Assembly (NCBI GenBank): GCA_001643675.2
Contig: LSRY02000017.1
Location: 682,001 to 746,000, forward strand
Origin: Monocercomonoides exilis PA203
Lineage: Eukaryota; Protista; Preaxostyla
DNA length: 64,000 nt
Direction: 5' to 3'
Shown here: positions 46,273-59,117 of the stretch, piece after piece
How positions within the stretch are numbered: position 1 is the first letter of the stretch
How the letters are laid out: the number at the start of each line of letters is the position of its first letter
The notes under the pieces: model-generated
What the model was told of the DNA's origin: nothing
What the model saw: only the letters and a program-made list of their open reading frames with translations
The model's database searches: none
Position numbers and translations under genes: made by a program

Positions 46273-48087
46273 ATGAAAGTGAAATTCTCCCATTTAATGT
46301 TGGGGGGACTAGCCATAAGGCTGCTCCTAATCGCCTACGGAACTTGGCATGATGCGCACAGTATGAATTTTTAAATGTTAGTTGTAATTTAAAAAAATGT
46401 TCACATTTTGCGATTTTAGTGGATTTGAAATACACTGATATTGATTACACTGTTCTAACCGAGGGAGCAAAATATGTAGCTGAAGGCCAATCACCTTTTT
46501 ATAGATCAACATATCGATATTCTCCTCTTTAGTACGCTGTTTTGAATTGTTTATAAAAATTAAACATTTTTATTTTGACAAATATACCACAATAAAAAAG
46601 TGCTTACCTTGTTCTACCTAATTTATATGTGCATGAGGCTTTTGGTAAATTAGTGTTTTGCGCTTTTGATCTTCTGTGCGGATTTCTAATCTACAGAATT
46701 TTAAAAGATGATTTGCTTGAACTTCATTTGGATATGAAAAAAGTTCTTATTTACACCTCCACCTGGATTTTTAATCCAATTGTGATAAACATTTCAACAC
46801 GTGGGAGCTCAGAATCTATTGTTGTTCTTTGCGTTCTTTTAACTCTCTATTTCTTTCTTCAACGAAAGCTCGTTCTTTCTGGCATATTGTTTGAAACCTC
46901 TTTTTTTTATCCTTTTCAAAAGGAATTTTCATTAATTTTCTTTAAATAAATATTAAAAAATTTTTTTATTTTCAATAAAGCTATGGACTTGCTGTTCATG
47001 TGAAAATATATCCAGTGTTGTTCACACTTCCATTTGTGCTCCGATTGGATAATGAATGGGTTGAGCGGGGTTTAAATAAAAAGAATGCTGCAAAGGCAAA
47101 GAAGCCAAAGGAACAAAAAAGACGAGGATTGTTCGGATGGATTGGATGGGTTTGGTTTTTTTCTTTTTTTTTTTCTTTTTCTTTTTAATGAAATTTGATA
47201 TTTGCTTAAACAATAAACTTTCAGTTCTTCCACATTATGAAATATAGAATTCTTTTTGGATGTGTTGCGTTGTCAGTGTTTATCGCTATTTCTGGACTGT
47301 TTTTCTACATGTTTGTGAAAATCTCATAAATATTTAACTGTTCATTGTTGGCTTCAAATAACAATTTTAAATAAAACATTATTGAATTATTCACTCCGTT
47401 CTTATCAATTCTCTTTTCTCTTATTCGTTATTGTCTTTGCAGGTATGGCTTCCAATGCCTGTTTGAGCAGTTCCTTTATCACGCCACGCGAACGGACGTG
47501 CGCCACAACTTCTCTCTCTTCTGGTACTATTTGTATCTGCGAGACAGCATGGATACTGTCAGCCCAATTGCAAGTGTTGGATTCTTCCTTCCTCAGCTCA
47601 TTCTGTGGCTCTTCCTTTCAATTGCACTTTACAAGGAGCTTCCCTTGTGTCTTTTCGCAAATACACTCTGCTTTGTCATGCTGAATAAAGTCTGCACTGT
47701 TCAGGTTTGTATTTTAAGTTGTAAATCCTGTTAAAGTTTTGTTTTTTTTGATGTATTTTTCAATAACTATGAAATATGTTTCTATTTTCTAAAAACATAT
47801 TTTGTTCTATTTTTTAGTATTTTGTCTGGTGGTTTAGTCTTCTTCCACTTGCCTTGCCATTTGCGCCTTCTGTCACGATGTTTTCATTTGGTGCAATTAT
47901 TTTCGCATGGCTTCTTATTCAGGTTCTGTGGATTAGGCTTTCATATCAAATTGAGTTTTTGGGCAGAGCTGATTTCTTCACTATGTTCTTATCATGTATT
48001 CTATTTTTCCTTTCAAATTTAGTTATTTTGTGTCTCTTCTTGTACAAGCCAAAATCACTTCAAAAGAAAAACGCTAAAACTGAATAA
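46273..48087 (+). CDS. PIGM: GPI mannosyltransferase I (PIG-M/Gpi14), multi-exon
   Basis: KYTDIDY (DxD), [42 protein letters not shown] and NKVCTVQYF.W; C-terminal KK motif. An alternative in-frame ATG lies at 46255. Confidence 0.93.
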
Positions 48088-48775
48088 TAATCTTGGAAAA
48101 AACGTATACTTTTTTTAACATTCAGTTATTTAAAAGTATATTTCCTATTGGTGCTGAAGATTGTATCTGTGAATCAAATCTCATATTTGTTAGAAATTTG
48201 AAGTTTGACATGGATTTAATTTGTATATATTTGTAAATTTATTTTTCTTGCGAAGTTCTCATTATTATTCAAATATTTTTGTTTGTTTCTTATTGAAATA
48301 GATCTATTGGAATAAATAAACAGTACTATTTGCTTTTCATTTTTGATGCAATATTTAAACAATTTCAGGATATTTCACTTCAAAACACAAACAGTGAAAT
48401 TTTGTTTTAATCACATCGTATGATATCAACATAGTTCATAGTCACGTTTATCTGTGCACTGTTAATATTACTCATTTTTCCATTCATTTTGAATCGCATA
48501 TAACCGCAGGGTCAACTATTAATTACCACATTTAATGCTTTTTGAATGCTTTTTTTAATGAAAAATCAGCATTCTGTCAAATTTTTTAAAATAGGTATGA
48601 TTCTTTTTGAAAAACCGCAAATGTTAATTTCTTCAAATGATATAAAATTTCACATCTTGATCAAAATTTTTTTCACATACATTAAACTTCACCAATATGA
48701 AATCTTTCACTTGATACTGCTTTTTCAAATATTCTTGTGTTGATTCGTGAGTGGGAACAGAAATTAGACAAGATA

Positions 48776-49044
48776 TGGGGCAAAATATTTCACTTCAGGC
48801 ATTTTCATAGAAAAATTATGAATCGAAGATGAACTTTTTGTGATCAAAAAATTTGAAAAAAATTGGTTTATTTTTTGAAATACATGTGATGTCACACAAC
48901 ATAATGTTATTATATCAATGATGTTTGCTCAAAAAAATGAAAATCAAATTTATTTGAAATCCGGTTGAGTTTCAAAATGTTATATGTGAAACAATATTTT
49001 CATGCTTTGTGCATAAAAAGATTGAAAGCCCATATTAACCCCCG
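48776..49044. mobile_element. 269-bp MITE-like element (copy 2), TA target-site duplication
   Basis: Imperfect TIRs tggggcaaaatatt / catattaacccccg, with TA on both sides (48774-5, 49045-6). Homologous to 16531-16799. Confidence 0.8.
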
Positions 49045-50039
49045 TATGAGTGATTAATTTTCAAAACATACACCATTTATTATTCAAATTTGGCAAGCTT
49101 CTAATTCGAAATCAATAAAAATCAGTATTTATTACAAAAAATATTTTTTGATATAATATGATCACTGGCTGAGTGTCAGAAAGTGATTAAAATGTTTTGT
49201 TTTTTCATTGTTAATAAAAAGGATGAGAAATTGAACCCCGATTTTTATTATTTGTGAATAAACATGAACTTTTTTTGATATGGCTAAATTTTTTTGAAAA
49301 GTGACATCAGATCAAAAAATCGACCCATGTTAATTAATTAATTTTTATTCCGTTTCCATAATATCAATGAAAATATCAATCTTTCACAGTTATGTTTGTT
49401 GGTTCATAACAAACCTTTCAACAAGATAATACATAAAGGATCAAAAAATTATATATCCAATTATTTGATCAAAATTAAAATTTCAGTTTTTTTATATGAA
49501 AAAGGATTTTGCTTGATTGGACTTTTTTGCAATTGTTGATACATGAAATGTTCATGGCATGTTTCGATTATTTTTTTAAAAATTTTAATGATTATAAGAA
49601 TTATTGTGTTTTTTAAAATCGGAATATTTCATTGCTCATAATGAACATCAATGTTTGATGGAAGCAAATACAACTCGTACAAGTTCAAAAAAACAAAAAA
49701 TTATCATAATTGATGGTTTGTAATTTGTTTGTTCATTTATGTCAAATTAATTTTTGGTTTTTTTAAATTAACTTTTTTGTTGCAATATATTTAATAATAA
49801 AAACATCTTTCTATAACCTATCATAGCGATCACAGAATTATCAGAGTGATAATATTTCTGTGTTGCCAACTGCAATGTTGAATATGACTAACCTTACGAT
49901 ACAAAATCTTCAACAAGAAGGAACAAACTGATCGAGAATATCAAAGAATACAAGTGGAAAAAGCTGAGAGAAAAATAAAGCTAAAAAACATGTTGTAGTT
50001 AAGTGGAATTAATTCGAAGAAGTTTTCCAGAATACAACA

Positions 50040-51600
50040 GAAAATGTGCAGCACAACAAGCGTGAGCATCTGCTTGTCTGAACCCCCGTACTCTGCATTC
50101 TTCCTTTTTGACGCCTTCATCCGGCGCTACCCTGTAATCTTCGCAACATCCACAAATGTCCGGATTGAGCGTCTCGACTTCCTCTTCGACCCTTCTTTTT
50201 CGCACACGGGCATTGCTGTTGTTCGTTGCGTTGATGAACACATCTCGGTCTCCTTTGTTCAATTTTCTCCTCTGTAGCTTCACCACACGCCTTGCCTGCG
50301 GCACACACAGTACTCCTCAACTCCTCCCGGCTCGCAATCTGAAGTATCCTCTAGCAACGAAGCAGATAAACATGTTCAGCCACGGGCATAGCAAGTCATC
50401 GATGTGAATATGAGCAATGAAACCGATATATCGCTTGCAATGTGCGTGTACGATGGAATACCTACAGCATGGGCTGCGAGTGCAAATGGAAACAGAAACG
50501 ACGCAAACAGCATCATATCGTCCATCTTTGCAACACAACAACATCCATAAGATATCTTGCCGTGGCAAACGCCTTTGATGAGGCATTGTGTGTCTCATGA
50601 GGTGCTGACCGCATCGAAGATGCAAAGTTTGTGGGCAACAGCTCCTCCGGTCAAAACATTTCTTTTGAATGCAGCTAAGTGGATGCCCGCAGGGATATCG
50701 CCTACACTAATTGAGAATCGCTGACACTGGCAAGCTTGAAAGAGGAAGACAGTGCGAAAGTCAACACCTCCCTGTGGATGCTGGACAGTAAATACACGAT
50801 TGCGGGCAAACCTCACAAGAAACAATCTCCCTTCTTCATCCCAACACTCTATTCTGCCCAAGATGTGAATGATGAAACAAAGAGCGAGTTCGCAATCAGA
50901 TTCCAGGGGGAGCTTCTTTTGCACTGCAATCTGTCGTTCCTGCTGGCAACAACCATCGGAACTGAGGCCTTGCTGCATCGGTTCGAGTTAGAAGCGAAAG
51001 GGCTTGTCTCGGAAAAGGAAGCCTTTGGGAAAATGCAAGGGAGCATTTTTCGAGAGGCGCCAGCGGAGGCAGATGTGACTGTGTGCCTGCTCTTTGGAAA
51101 TTAAAATGCTCTTTCTTCGACAAATTCATTTATTCTGAAGAACAAAAGTGAGCCCAAAGCTAATGGAGATGATAAAGTTGTCGAGGGAGGAAAAGAAGTG
51201 AAGTCTTATTGGTTGTTGATTGTGATCATTATGGCATTTATTCTTCTTATCATTCTTGTTATTGCTGTTGTTCTGGCTGTTCGGTGGAGAAAGGTCAAGA
51301 ATGAAGCAAAAGATCTGAGAGAGATAGTGAATGATACAGTGAAGAAGGATCCGAAACTGATTGAGATGGTGACGATGGAGATGTCACCCGAGGAGCAGTG
51401 GAGAAGAGCAGAGAGAGAGGCAGAGAAGAAGAATGATGAGAGAATGAAAAAGAGAATATATGATACGAATATGCAGCATTCTGAATCATCTGAGCATCTT
51501 CTATCTGAAAGCGGATCCACAGAATACATTCTTGGAAAAGATTCAGACAAGATTCCAAAATGTTAAGCGAAAAAACAGAAAGAAGAAGAAGTTGAAGAAT
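50040..51600 (+). pseudogene. Truncated, disrupted paralog of the 2940-11924 receptor (last ectodomain module, TM, juxtamembrane tail)
   Basis: Fragments TSTNVRIERLDFLFD, NTSLWML..SPFFIP, CNLSF, LFGN*, FILKN, the TM and DPKLIEM.TMEMSPEEQWRRAEREAE are colinear with the intact gene. It carries stops and frameshifts and has no kinase part. Confidence 0.85.
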
Positions 51601-52199
51601 TAAGTCTGAGCAAAGTTATCAGAAAAGTGGCTTCAAATCGTTTGCATGAATATGAGTTATATAAAGACGAGAAGGAAATAAATGATATTTCGAGGATTCA
51701 ATTTGGTCGAATTGGTTATTTCAAGTAAGCACTCTGTATCACGCGGACAATTATTATTGTCATCGTCACCAGATATTTCAGTCAGCTCCAATTCCCACTC
51801 TCGCAAATCAGCCTCAAAAACATCAAATGCATCGATTCCACATTCAGAATCTGGCTTTTCCTTTTCCCTTCATCATCTCTCTCTTTCTTTCTCTTCTCCA
51901 TCAACTCTTTCCGTTCTTATCTTCCATCATCAACGTCGAACAAAGAAAACGACATCTTGCCAACAACTTAATCTTTTTCAGAGCGTGCAACATTCAAACT
52001 GGAAAAGATGAGAATGAAGAAGAAAAAGAAAAAATAAATGCAGATGATGAAATTGAACAGAAGCTTAAGCAAAATCCAGGCACAAAGACATAATAATACG
52101 ATGTTACGCACCATATAGAAATAACAGAAGTTAGTGAAGAGAAAATTATCCTCAAATTTCTCTGCTACCAGCACGCATTCAGTTGTTTATTAAAAGCAT

Positions 52200-55100
52200 A
52201 TTTATGTGAACCTGCCAAGCAGAAGTGTAAAATCGAAGCAATATGGAAGCAGAAAGCGATTGGGCGAGTGATGTTGAATTAGCTGCTCAGCATGCTAATA
52301 TATCTCATGCACTCCAAACTGCAACCGCATGCAATTCTTATACTGGCACTGCATTGTGCTTGTCGCTCTCACTCCACCTACTGCTGGCTACCCTGCACTA
52401 CTAGCTCCTCAATTATTACTGAAGGAAACATGAGCACACTTTTCGAAAGTGGAACAATAAAAAGAGGTGTGCGAAGTTGGTGAGGAGGATAGAGGCGATG
52501 ACATGGATGGAGTGGAAGATGAAGAATGAAAAAATGATAACTAACTTGAGCATAGTCTCAAGCTTTAACAAAAGCTGAAAAATCCCTCTTGCAAGCTGCA
52601 ATGCACACAACATCAGCTGTGTTCAGTGTAGACACTGAAGAAAATGTCATTCAATCTCACTTAACGTGATTTTGTTAACTTACTCCTCTGAAGTCATTGA
52701 AGATAAACCATTTAAACATCTTACATATAAAGGAGACCTCACAAAAAAGAAATAGCAGAATGAAAATAAAAGAGAAGACGAATATTTCGATAACCTTACA
52801 GAAGCGCACTTCACAGAGGGAACAACCTGAGGGAAAAAATACAAGACGATTATCAGACTCTCGTCAAACACTCTTTAAGCACATTATGAGGCTTCTTCTG
52901 CAAAATCCGTTTTGATGTTGATGCCTTTATCTGTTGCATTTGTTGCTTCTTTGTCAGAAGCTTCTTCTTCTTCCATATTTCCCACATTTTATTTGAAATC
53001 TGTTAAAAGAATAGAACGAATTCTAAGATTAATAAAATGTTTATTTCGCTCGACAAGTACATTAAAAGAAAACGAAGGTAATAATAAACAAAAAATGGAA
53101 GATGAAAGAGGGTAATGGACAGAGCGGAAGCAAGTGTCGAAGAAAAAGAAAGTGCATTTTAAAAGAAAATAGAGAAAATTAGAATCCAAGAGATAGAAGA
53201 AAGGGAAAAAATAAAAAAAAAGACTTATCTGATGATTATGATAATGCCGATGAAAATATGGTCGGAGAAATCTGAGGATCGATCAAGCCAAATGCAGACT
53301 CAAATGACAGCAACATGTTATTGATCGCCATCACCATCTCACTCGAAATCTGTTTGTGCTGTGTTGAAGAAGCAGATACATATGAGAAATGACAAGATTT
53401 AGACTCCTCCTCCCTCCCTCTGTTGTGCCATCTCCTTGTGAAACTGCACCACTTGCTGCCCATCCTCCAGTGGCAGCCAAAACCAGATCACACCTTCCAC
53501 CTCGTTCCCTCTCCAGCCGCAGCCCCACCGGCTTCGCCAGCATCAACACTTCGATTCAGCCCTGCCCCCGCTGACACCACCAAAAGCATCTGCACCTGAT
53601 CATCCAGCGCCGGCTAATCGTCTTCACAACTGAGCTGTTCTGTGACAGGAATAGAGGAGATCTGCAGTTGGCAGCATCGCACACATCTGGATGCATCAGG
53701 CGCAGTGTGAAGAAGCCATTGCGTTTGCATGCCTCCTGCACCGACGCAAACAAAGGTAGACAACACCCCTTCAGCCTGTGCGCTTCTCAAAATATCCAAA
53801 GCAACAACACTGAAGGAGTTTGCGGATAGCACGCGCACAGAAGATACTCCATTTGATCAGACGTGATCTCTCTGCACACTGCTCCCGATGAAGATAGTGA
53901 TAAAGTCGATGCATCACCACTACAGATCGCATCATACAGCCCCTTCATCGCCTCTTTCTGCTTCATTGCCTCTGCTTTGGAGAAGTTCAGAGAAAAGAAC
54001 CCTGAAATGCAGAAGCTTCTGTTTCTCCCTTCTCCGACTGCAGTCTATCAAATTCCCCCAAAAAACATCTTGATCTTTATCTCCGCTGCCCTATCAAATG
54101 CCAAAGAACAAGAAGAACGACAGCTTGTCTTCATTGAACATCTCCCTCACAAGACTCCCAAACAGCCACATCTCTGCAAAGTTCAACAAGAAAAGCTTCT
54201 CCCCCGTGGATCATCACCTTCCAGACAACATCTCTCTTCTTCTGATTCTTAATCGCCTCCTTGAGCAGCGCCTTCTGCTCTCAAATCGTCTGCTCCTTCA
54301 CTTTTGGCAGCGCCATCAGCTTCTTCATTTTCCTTCTCTATCTTGTTCATCTTCTGCTGCACCGTTGCATCTACTCTTCCACCACCACCTCCACCTTCGC
54401 TGTTTGCTTCTCACACAACACTCACCCATCTCCCCACTTTTGCAACAACCCCATTCCCATTCAGTTCTGGCCCAAGAATCACAGCACTTCCATTTTTGTT
54501 GATCTCTGTTAACTTCTCCTGGCACTTTTCACAAAGCCCCAACGGCAGAATCAACAAAGCCAAAGATGGAACCATCCCATAATACGCACAAATTTATGAA
54601 GAAGATGTGGCAATTGTAACTCCAGACCAGCCAGTTACCGCTTTCCATCCACACTCACCACTCCTCCTTGCAGAGCCCAGCACTTCTTCTCATTCACCTG
54701 CTTCAATTCTTTCACCTCTGCGTTGTGCTTCTCGCTCAGCTTCAGAATCTTCCTCTGATTCATCCAGATGATCTTGTCCTTCTCCTGCAGCTGCTCTTCC
54801 AGCACGCTCGTCCGCTTCGCCTCCTTTTCCTTTTCCAACTTCTTCTTCTTCTTTTCTTTCTTCCGGCAAATTCAGCACAATTGCTGCAGGCGACAGAACA
54901 ACATCTTCCATCATCAGCTCCTCTGCCCCACCGCCTCCAGCGCCTTCTTCGCAATCTCTCCCACTTCATTCACTGCAACCATTCGCCTCCTCATTTTGTT
55001 GAACAGCTTCATCACTCTGCATGCCTCGACTGCTTCTTTCTGTTCGCCAGCCATTCAATGGCCAATGGAGCCAGTGATGGATCAGGCAGATTGCAGATTG

Positions 55101-55751
55101 GCAGGAACGCAACCACATCTACCGCTGTTAATAACTGCTTCTTCGACGACTTCTTTCTCGGCAAATACTCAAGAAACGGGAGCAGAGCCAGAAGTGGAAT
55201 GGAAAGCATCACACATCGAACGGGCACAGCACGTTCTGTTCAGCAGAGCGCAGCAAGTCAACATTGAAACCTCGGAGTGCTTGCAGCAGTGATTGAAGTG
55301 ATTGAAGTGATTGAAGTGATTGCGAAGATGGAAGCAACAACAACCCAGCTGCCTCAGGCACGCCAATCCTCAGCCACCTCACGTTGAAGTGCAGTTTTTT
55401 GTCTTTAATGTGAGATGAAACCACAGCCAATTCATCTGAAGAGTCGACTGTAGGTATGGTGGATGGCGATGACTGCTCATCCACTTCTGCCTTCTTCTCC
55501 TCGTTTCTCCGCCTCTGGAATGGAAAGGCAGATCTTAGCGCTGCTTCATTAAAAAAAGATGAGCGCAAGGAAGATGATAAAGGCGCATAGCGAAGCGACT
55601 ACTGCTGCTCACGACCAGCCTCCATGAGCCTTTTCATATTCACTATCAGGTCAATCTGCAGCTCCTTCGATTACATAAATACAGCATTCACATCAGGATC
55701 AGAAATATCGATCAGCAACCAATGCTCGCAGTTTTCGAACGATGTGAACAT
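52200..55751. other. Decayed coding-like, GC-richer sequence (probable pseudogene or repeat debris)
   Basis: Higher GC and only short ORFs. A minus-strand frame from ATG 55751 (MFTSFENCEHW..) has in-frame stops. 9-bp tandem (gtgattgaa)n at about 55289-55322. Confidence 0.4.
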
Positions 55752-56791
55752 TTAAAACATTATTTCTCCTTGTTATGTCTTAAAGTGAAAAGAGAAAAAA
55801 ATGAGCAAAAATTATTAATGAAAATAACCTCGACAAAAGATGTGATTATCATTTTTTTGAATTAAATCACAAAAGGATCATTTTGAGTTTTTAATGTCAA
55901 TTCCTTTTGATATCTAAATGCAAACTATATTCAGTTTTTAAGTAACACAAGAAATCGATCTATTTGTTCAAATTCTTGAATTAAAATTTTCATTCATGAG
56001 CATTAAAACGTTTATATTTTCATAATCATTAACTTTCAAAAAATTTCATCAAGATACACCACTTTTCACTTTTTTATTTTTCAACACTTTGAAATGTTTA
56101 AAAATTTGTTATAATTCAAAAAATCAAAATGAATTTTCAAACTGATGATATGAAAATGAAAGAATAAAAACTTATTATTTGTTTGATTCAAATATCAACA
56201 AATAGATTTTTTTTTATAAAAATTGGAAAGTTAGTTAAAAGCTTATGAGAAATAAATGAAATTGAAGCTTTATATTCGATAATTTGTCTAATAAATAACA
56301 ATAAGAAATAAAGAACCATATATGATGGGAACGGAATGATCATTATTTTTTGATCATTTGTGATCTTTTGTGGGACAAAATTAAAGTCGTGGAACTTTTC
56401 AAAAAAATTTTGCCATATAAAATTTGATTTTTCATTTAATTATTTGCTTTTGAATTGCTTATCGAAAAATCAGATGAAATAGATTAAAAATTTTAAATTA
56501 GAAAAATATGTTTCAATCACTTTTTGATTCACCTCCTTGAACGAGAGAAATAAGAAAATAGCAAAAATTTTATTAAATATTGATCTTCATAATAAAATTG
56601 ATATTTAAAAAAATAGCAAATGCTTTAAAAACAACAGAAAAATAACCAAAAATTCAATTAAAGAACGCACATCTGAAATGATATCCAAAATTGAAAAAGA
56701 CTGGATCTCGAAAGAGGCCTTTTCACATTTCATCCACAAAAATTTAAATTTCAAACCGAATGAACAGACAAATTTTACCTCAGTTTTATAT

Positions 56792-58961
56792 TCATGTTTT
56801 TTTTACAGAAGGCGCAACAGTATGAGCAGAAGGGCTATTATTTTGTTGCTGAGGCAAAGGTTCTGGAATGTCTTGTGAATGGCTGCGAAGCTCTACTGAG
56901 CGCAGAAGGAGCTGCCGAAGCTGTTCTCTGCTTGGTTGTGAAGAAGAAGAAGATGCGCTAGAGGAAATGTTTGATTTTTGAGAATTTTGTGTGTAAGATA
57001 AAGACGAATGAGTTTGACGTGAACCAGAAGAAGTAGCAACAGGCGTGCCATTTGAATTAACTGATTGAGGAGAAAGAATTGGTGTGCTTGGTGATAGTGA
57101 TGAAGAGGAAGAGGAAGAGGAAGAAGAAGGCGACAAATTATGTAATGTATTTGAAGGAGTATCTGAATCATTCATTGACATATTTTGGGAACCTGACAAA
57201 TATTTTTTCATTGAATGAGGGGCACTTCCTTCGTAAAGCAATGCTTCGTCGATTGATATTAGAGGTGAATCAATGTTATCCATGTCCTCATCTTCAAATG
57301 AGCTGTCTTCGTCATCTTCGTAGCTCATTCTTTGCATATGTTCTTCATTATCACTTATTTGTCTAGAGAAATTTGAATTCTTGTTTGCTTCTTCTGATCC
57401 TTCCAATCTCCTTGCGTTCCTCTCATTTTCTGAGAGAAGAGGATTAAGATCTGACATTGCATGATCATCGCGATCGCTTCTGCCATTTGCCTCTTCTCTT
57501 GAACGAAGCTCTGAAGTCTGCCTATCATTAATCATCTCAATATCTGCTTGTCCATTCATTTTATCCCCATTTTCCTGTTTTTTCTTCCTCAGCAATTCCT
57601 TCCTTCGTCTTTGATACTCCTTTCTTTTGGCTATCTTCCTTTCTCTTCCGTGGAGATTGGCCCAAGGCTGTTCTTCTCTTAATCTTCCTTCTTCCAAAAC
57701 ACTCAAATCCACAGCATTGCCATCTCCTTCTTGATTTCGCTCTCTATCTTCTTTTGCTTTCCTCGATCGCTCTCTTCGCTGAGCTCTTCTGACAGCCACA
57801 TTCTCTTTCCACTCCGAAAGCTTCGTTTTCAGAGCATCAAACTTTGATTTGAACCATCGAGCAAATAGCACATTAAGCCACAAGAACGTACTTATAAAAA
57901 GCCCTAAAGTCGGACCAAGCGTTAATAGAAGTAAAAACGTTGGAGACGAAACTTCTGCTTCGTCGGGAAGACTCAAGATAATCTGATTTGGGTCATTAGG
58001 TGAGACATAGCAAATCCGAGATAGAGAGAAATCAGAAGGTGGATCGGCTGCATTTAGAAACTTTGAATTGAACAACATGGAATTCTCTGAAGAATTATCA
58101 TCACTATTTAATATGCTCGAAAAAGTTTGCATGTTGGATGCAGCGGAGGAAAAATTTCCCAAATATGAAAAAAGATTATCATTGGAATGCTTCATTGTCA
58201 TATAATTAATAAATCTTGGAAATGACAAAACGGCTTTTTCATTATTCCGAAAATGATTTATGTTGAACATATCAAAGTTAAATTGCTTATGGTTATGAGG
58301 CTTAATCATATCATTGCTGTTTTTGATCGAAAAGTCTTTTTTATGAGGATAATATGTCCAGTTCGTTTCCAAATAAGAATCTGATTTACACACTCCAGAA
58401 CTAATTTTTGTTTGGAAAAATATTTAAACGTAAGAAATAATCAAAAATATTTCAACACGACTTCGCATATGCGCATACGTCAATTCTATAATTGGTACAA
58501 CTTTATCAGAGGTTGTTGTTTGTACAAAAAACTTATGAATACATAATCCTTGACTGGCCTCTATTTTGTTTAATAGAAAATTAATAATAATGCGGAAAAA
58601 TTAATCACACCCCTTATCGGATAAGGCATTGAATGAGCTTCATATTCTTTGAGAGTACATTTTTCTATTTGCCAGGAAAGACTTTTCATAAAAAACGTAA
58701 TTTAGTACAATAGAAAGCTGAAACAAGTATCAAACAGTTTTGACATAGAATTCATTTGCAAAAAAGTTGAAATGGAATTAACAGCAAGATCTAAACAAAC
58801 TATTAAAGCAAAATATTACATAATTATATGAAAAATAACTCAGTACCATAAACAATAAGAGTCGCTCTAAACATTGTTGGAATAGGCTTTACTCGTTGAT
58901 TGGGCCTTCTTCCAGTCCAAAATAAATATAAAACTCGATGCAACACATCAAAATCGCACAT
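56792..58961 (-). CDS. Hypothetical two-TM membrane protein with Cys-containing loop and long charged/Ser-rich tail (multi-exon)
   Basis: 533-aa terminal exon with TM FLLLLTLGPTLGLFISTFLWLNVLF. Upstream exons can be spliced in frame from ATG 58961, giving a first TM. One junction needs a GC-AG intron. Confidence 0.6.
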
Positions 58962-59117
58962 AAAAATTTCTTAAGTTCAAAAATTTAAATATGGTTCAAT
59001 ATTATAATCATGGAAAGGATTCAAATTCACAAACAACAAAATGCTATTGATGAATAATGCGTCAATTAAAGAAAAGAATATCAGAATAATCTTCAAAGAT
59101 AAAGAGTGGTTGGGATC

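Noticed and set aside
55289-55322. Short tandem repeats (also 18788-18835 and 24935-24968) as CRISPR-like or telomeric arrays
   Set aside because: These are 9-12-bp head-to-tail units without spacers, mostly in-frame coding slippage.
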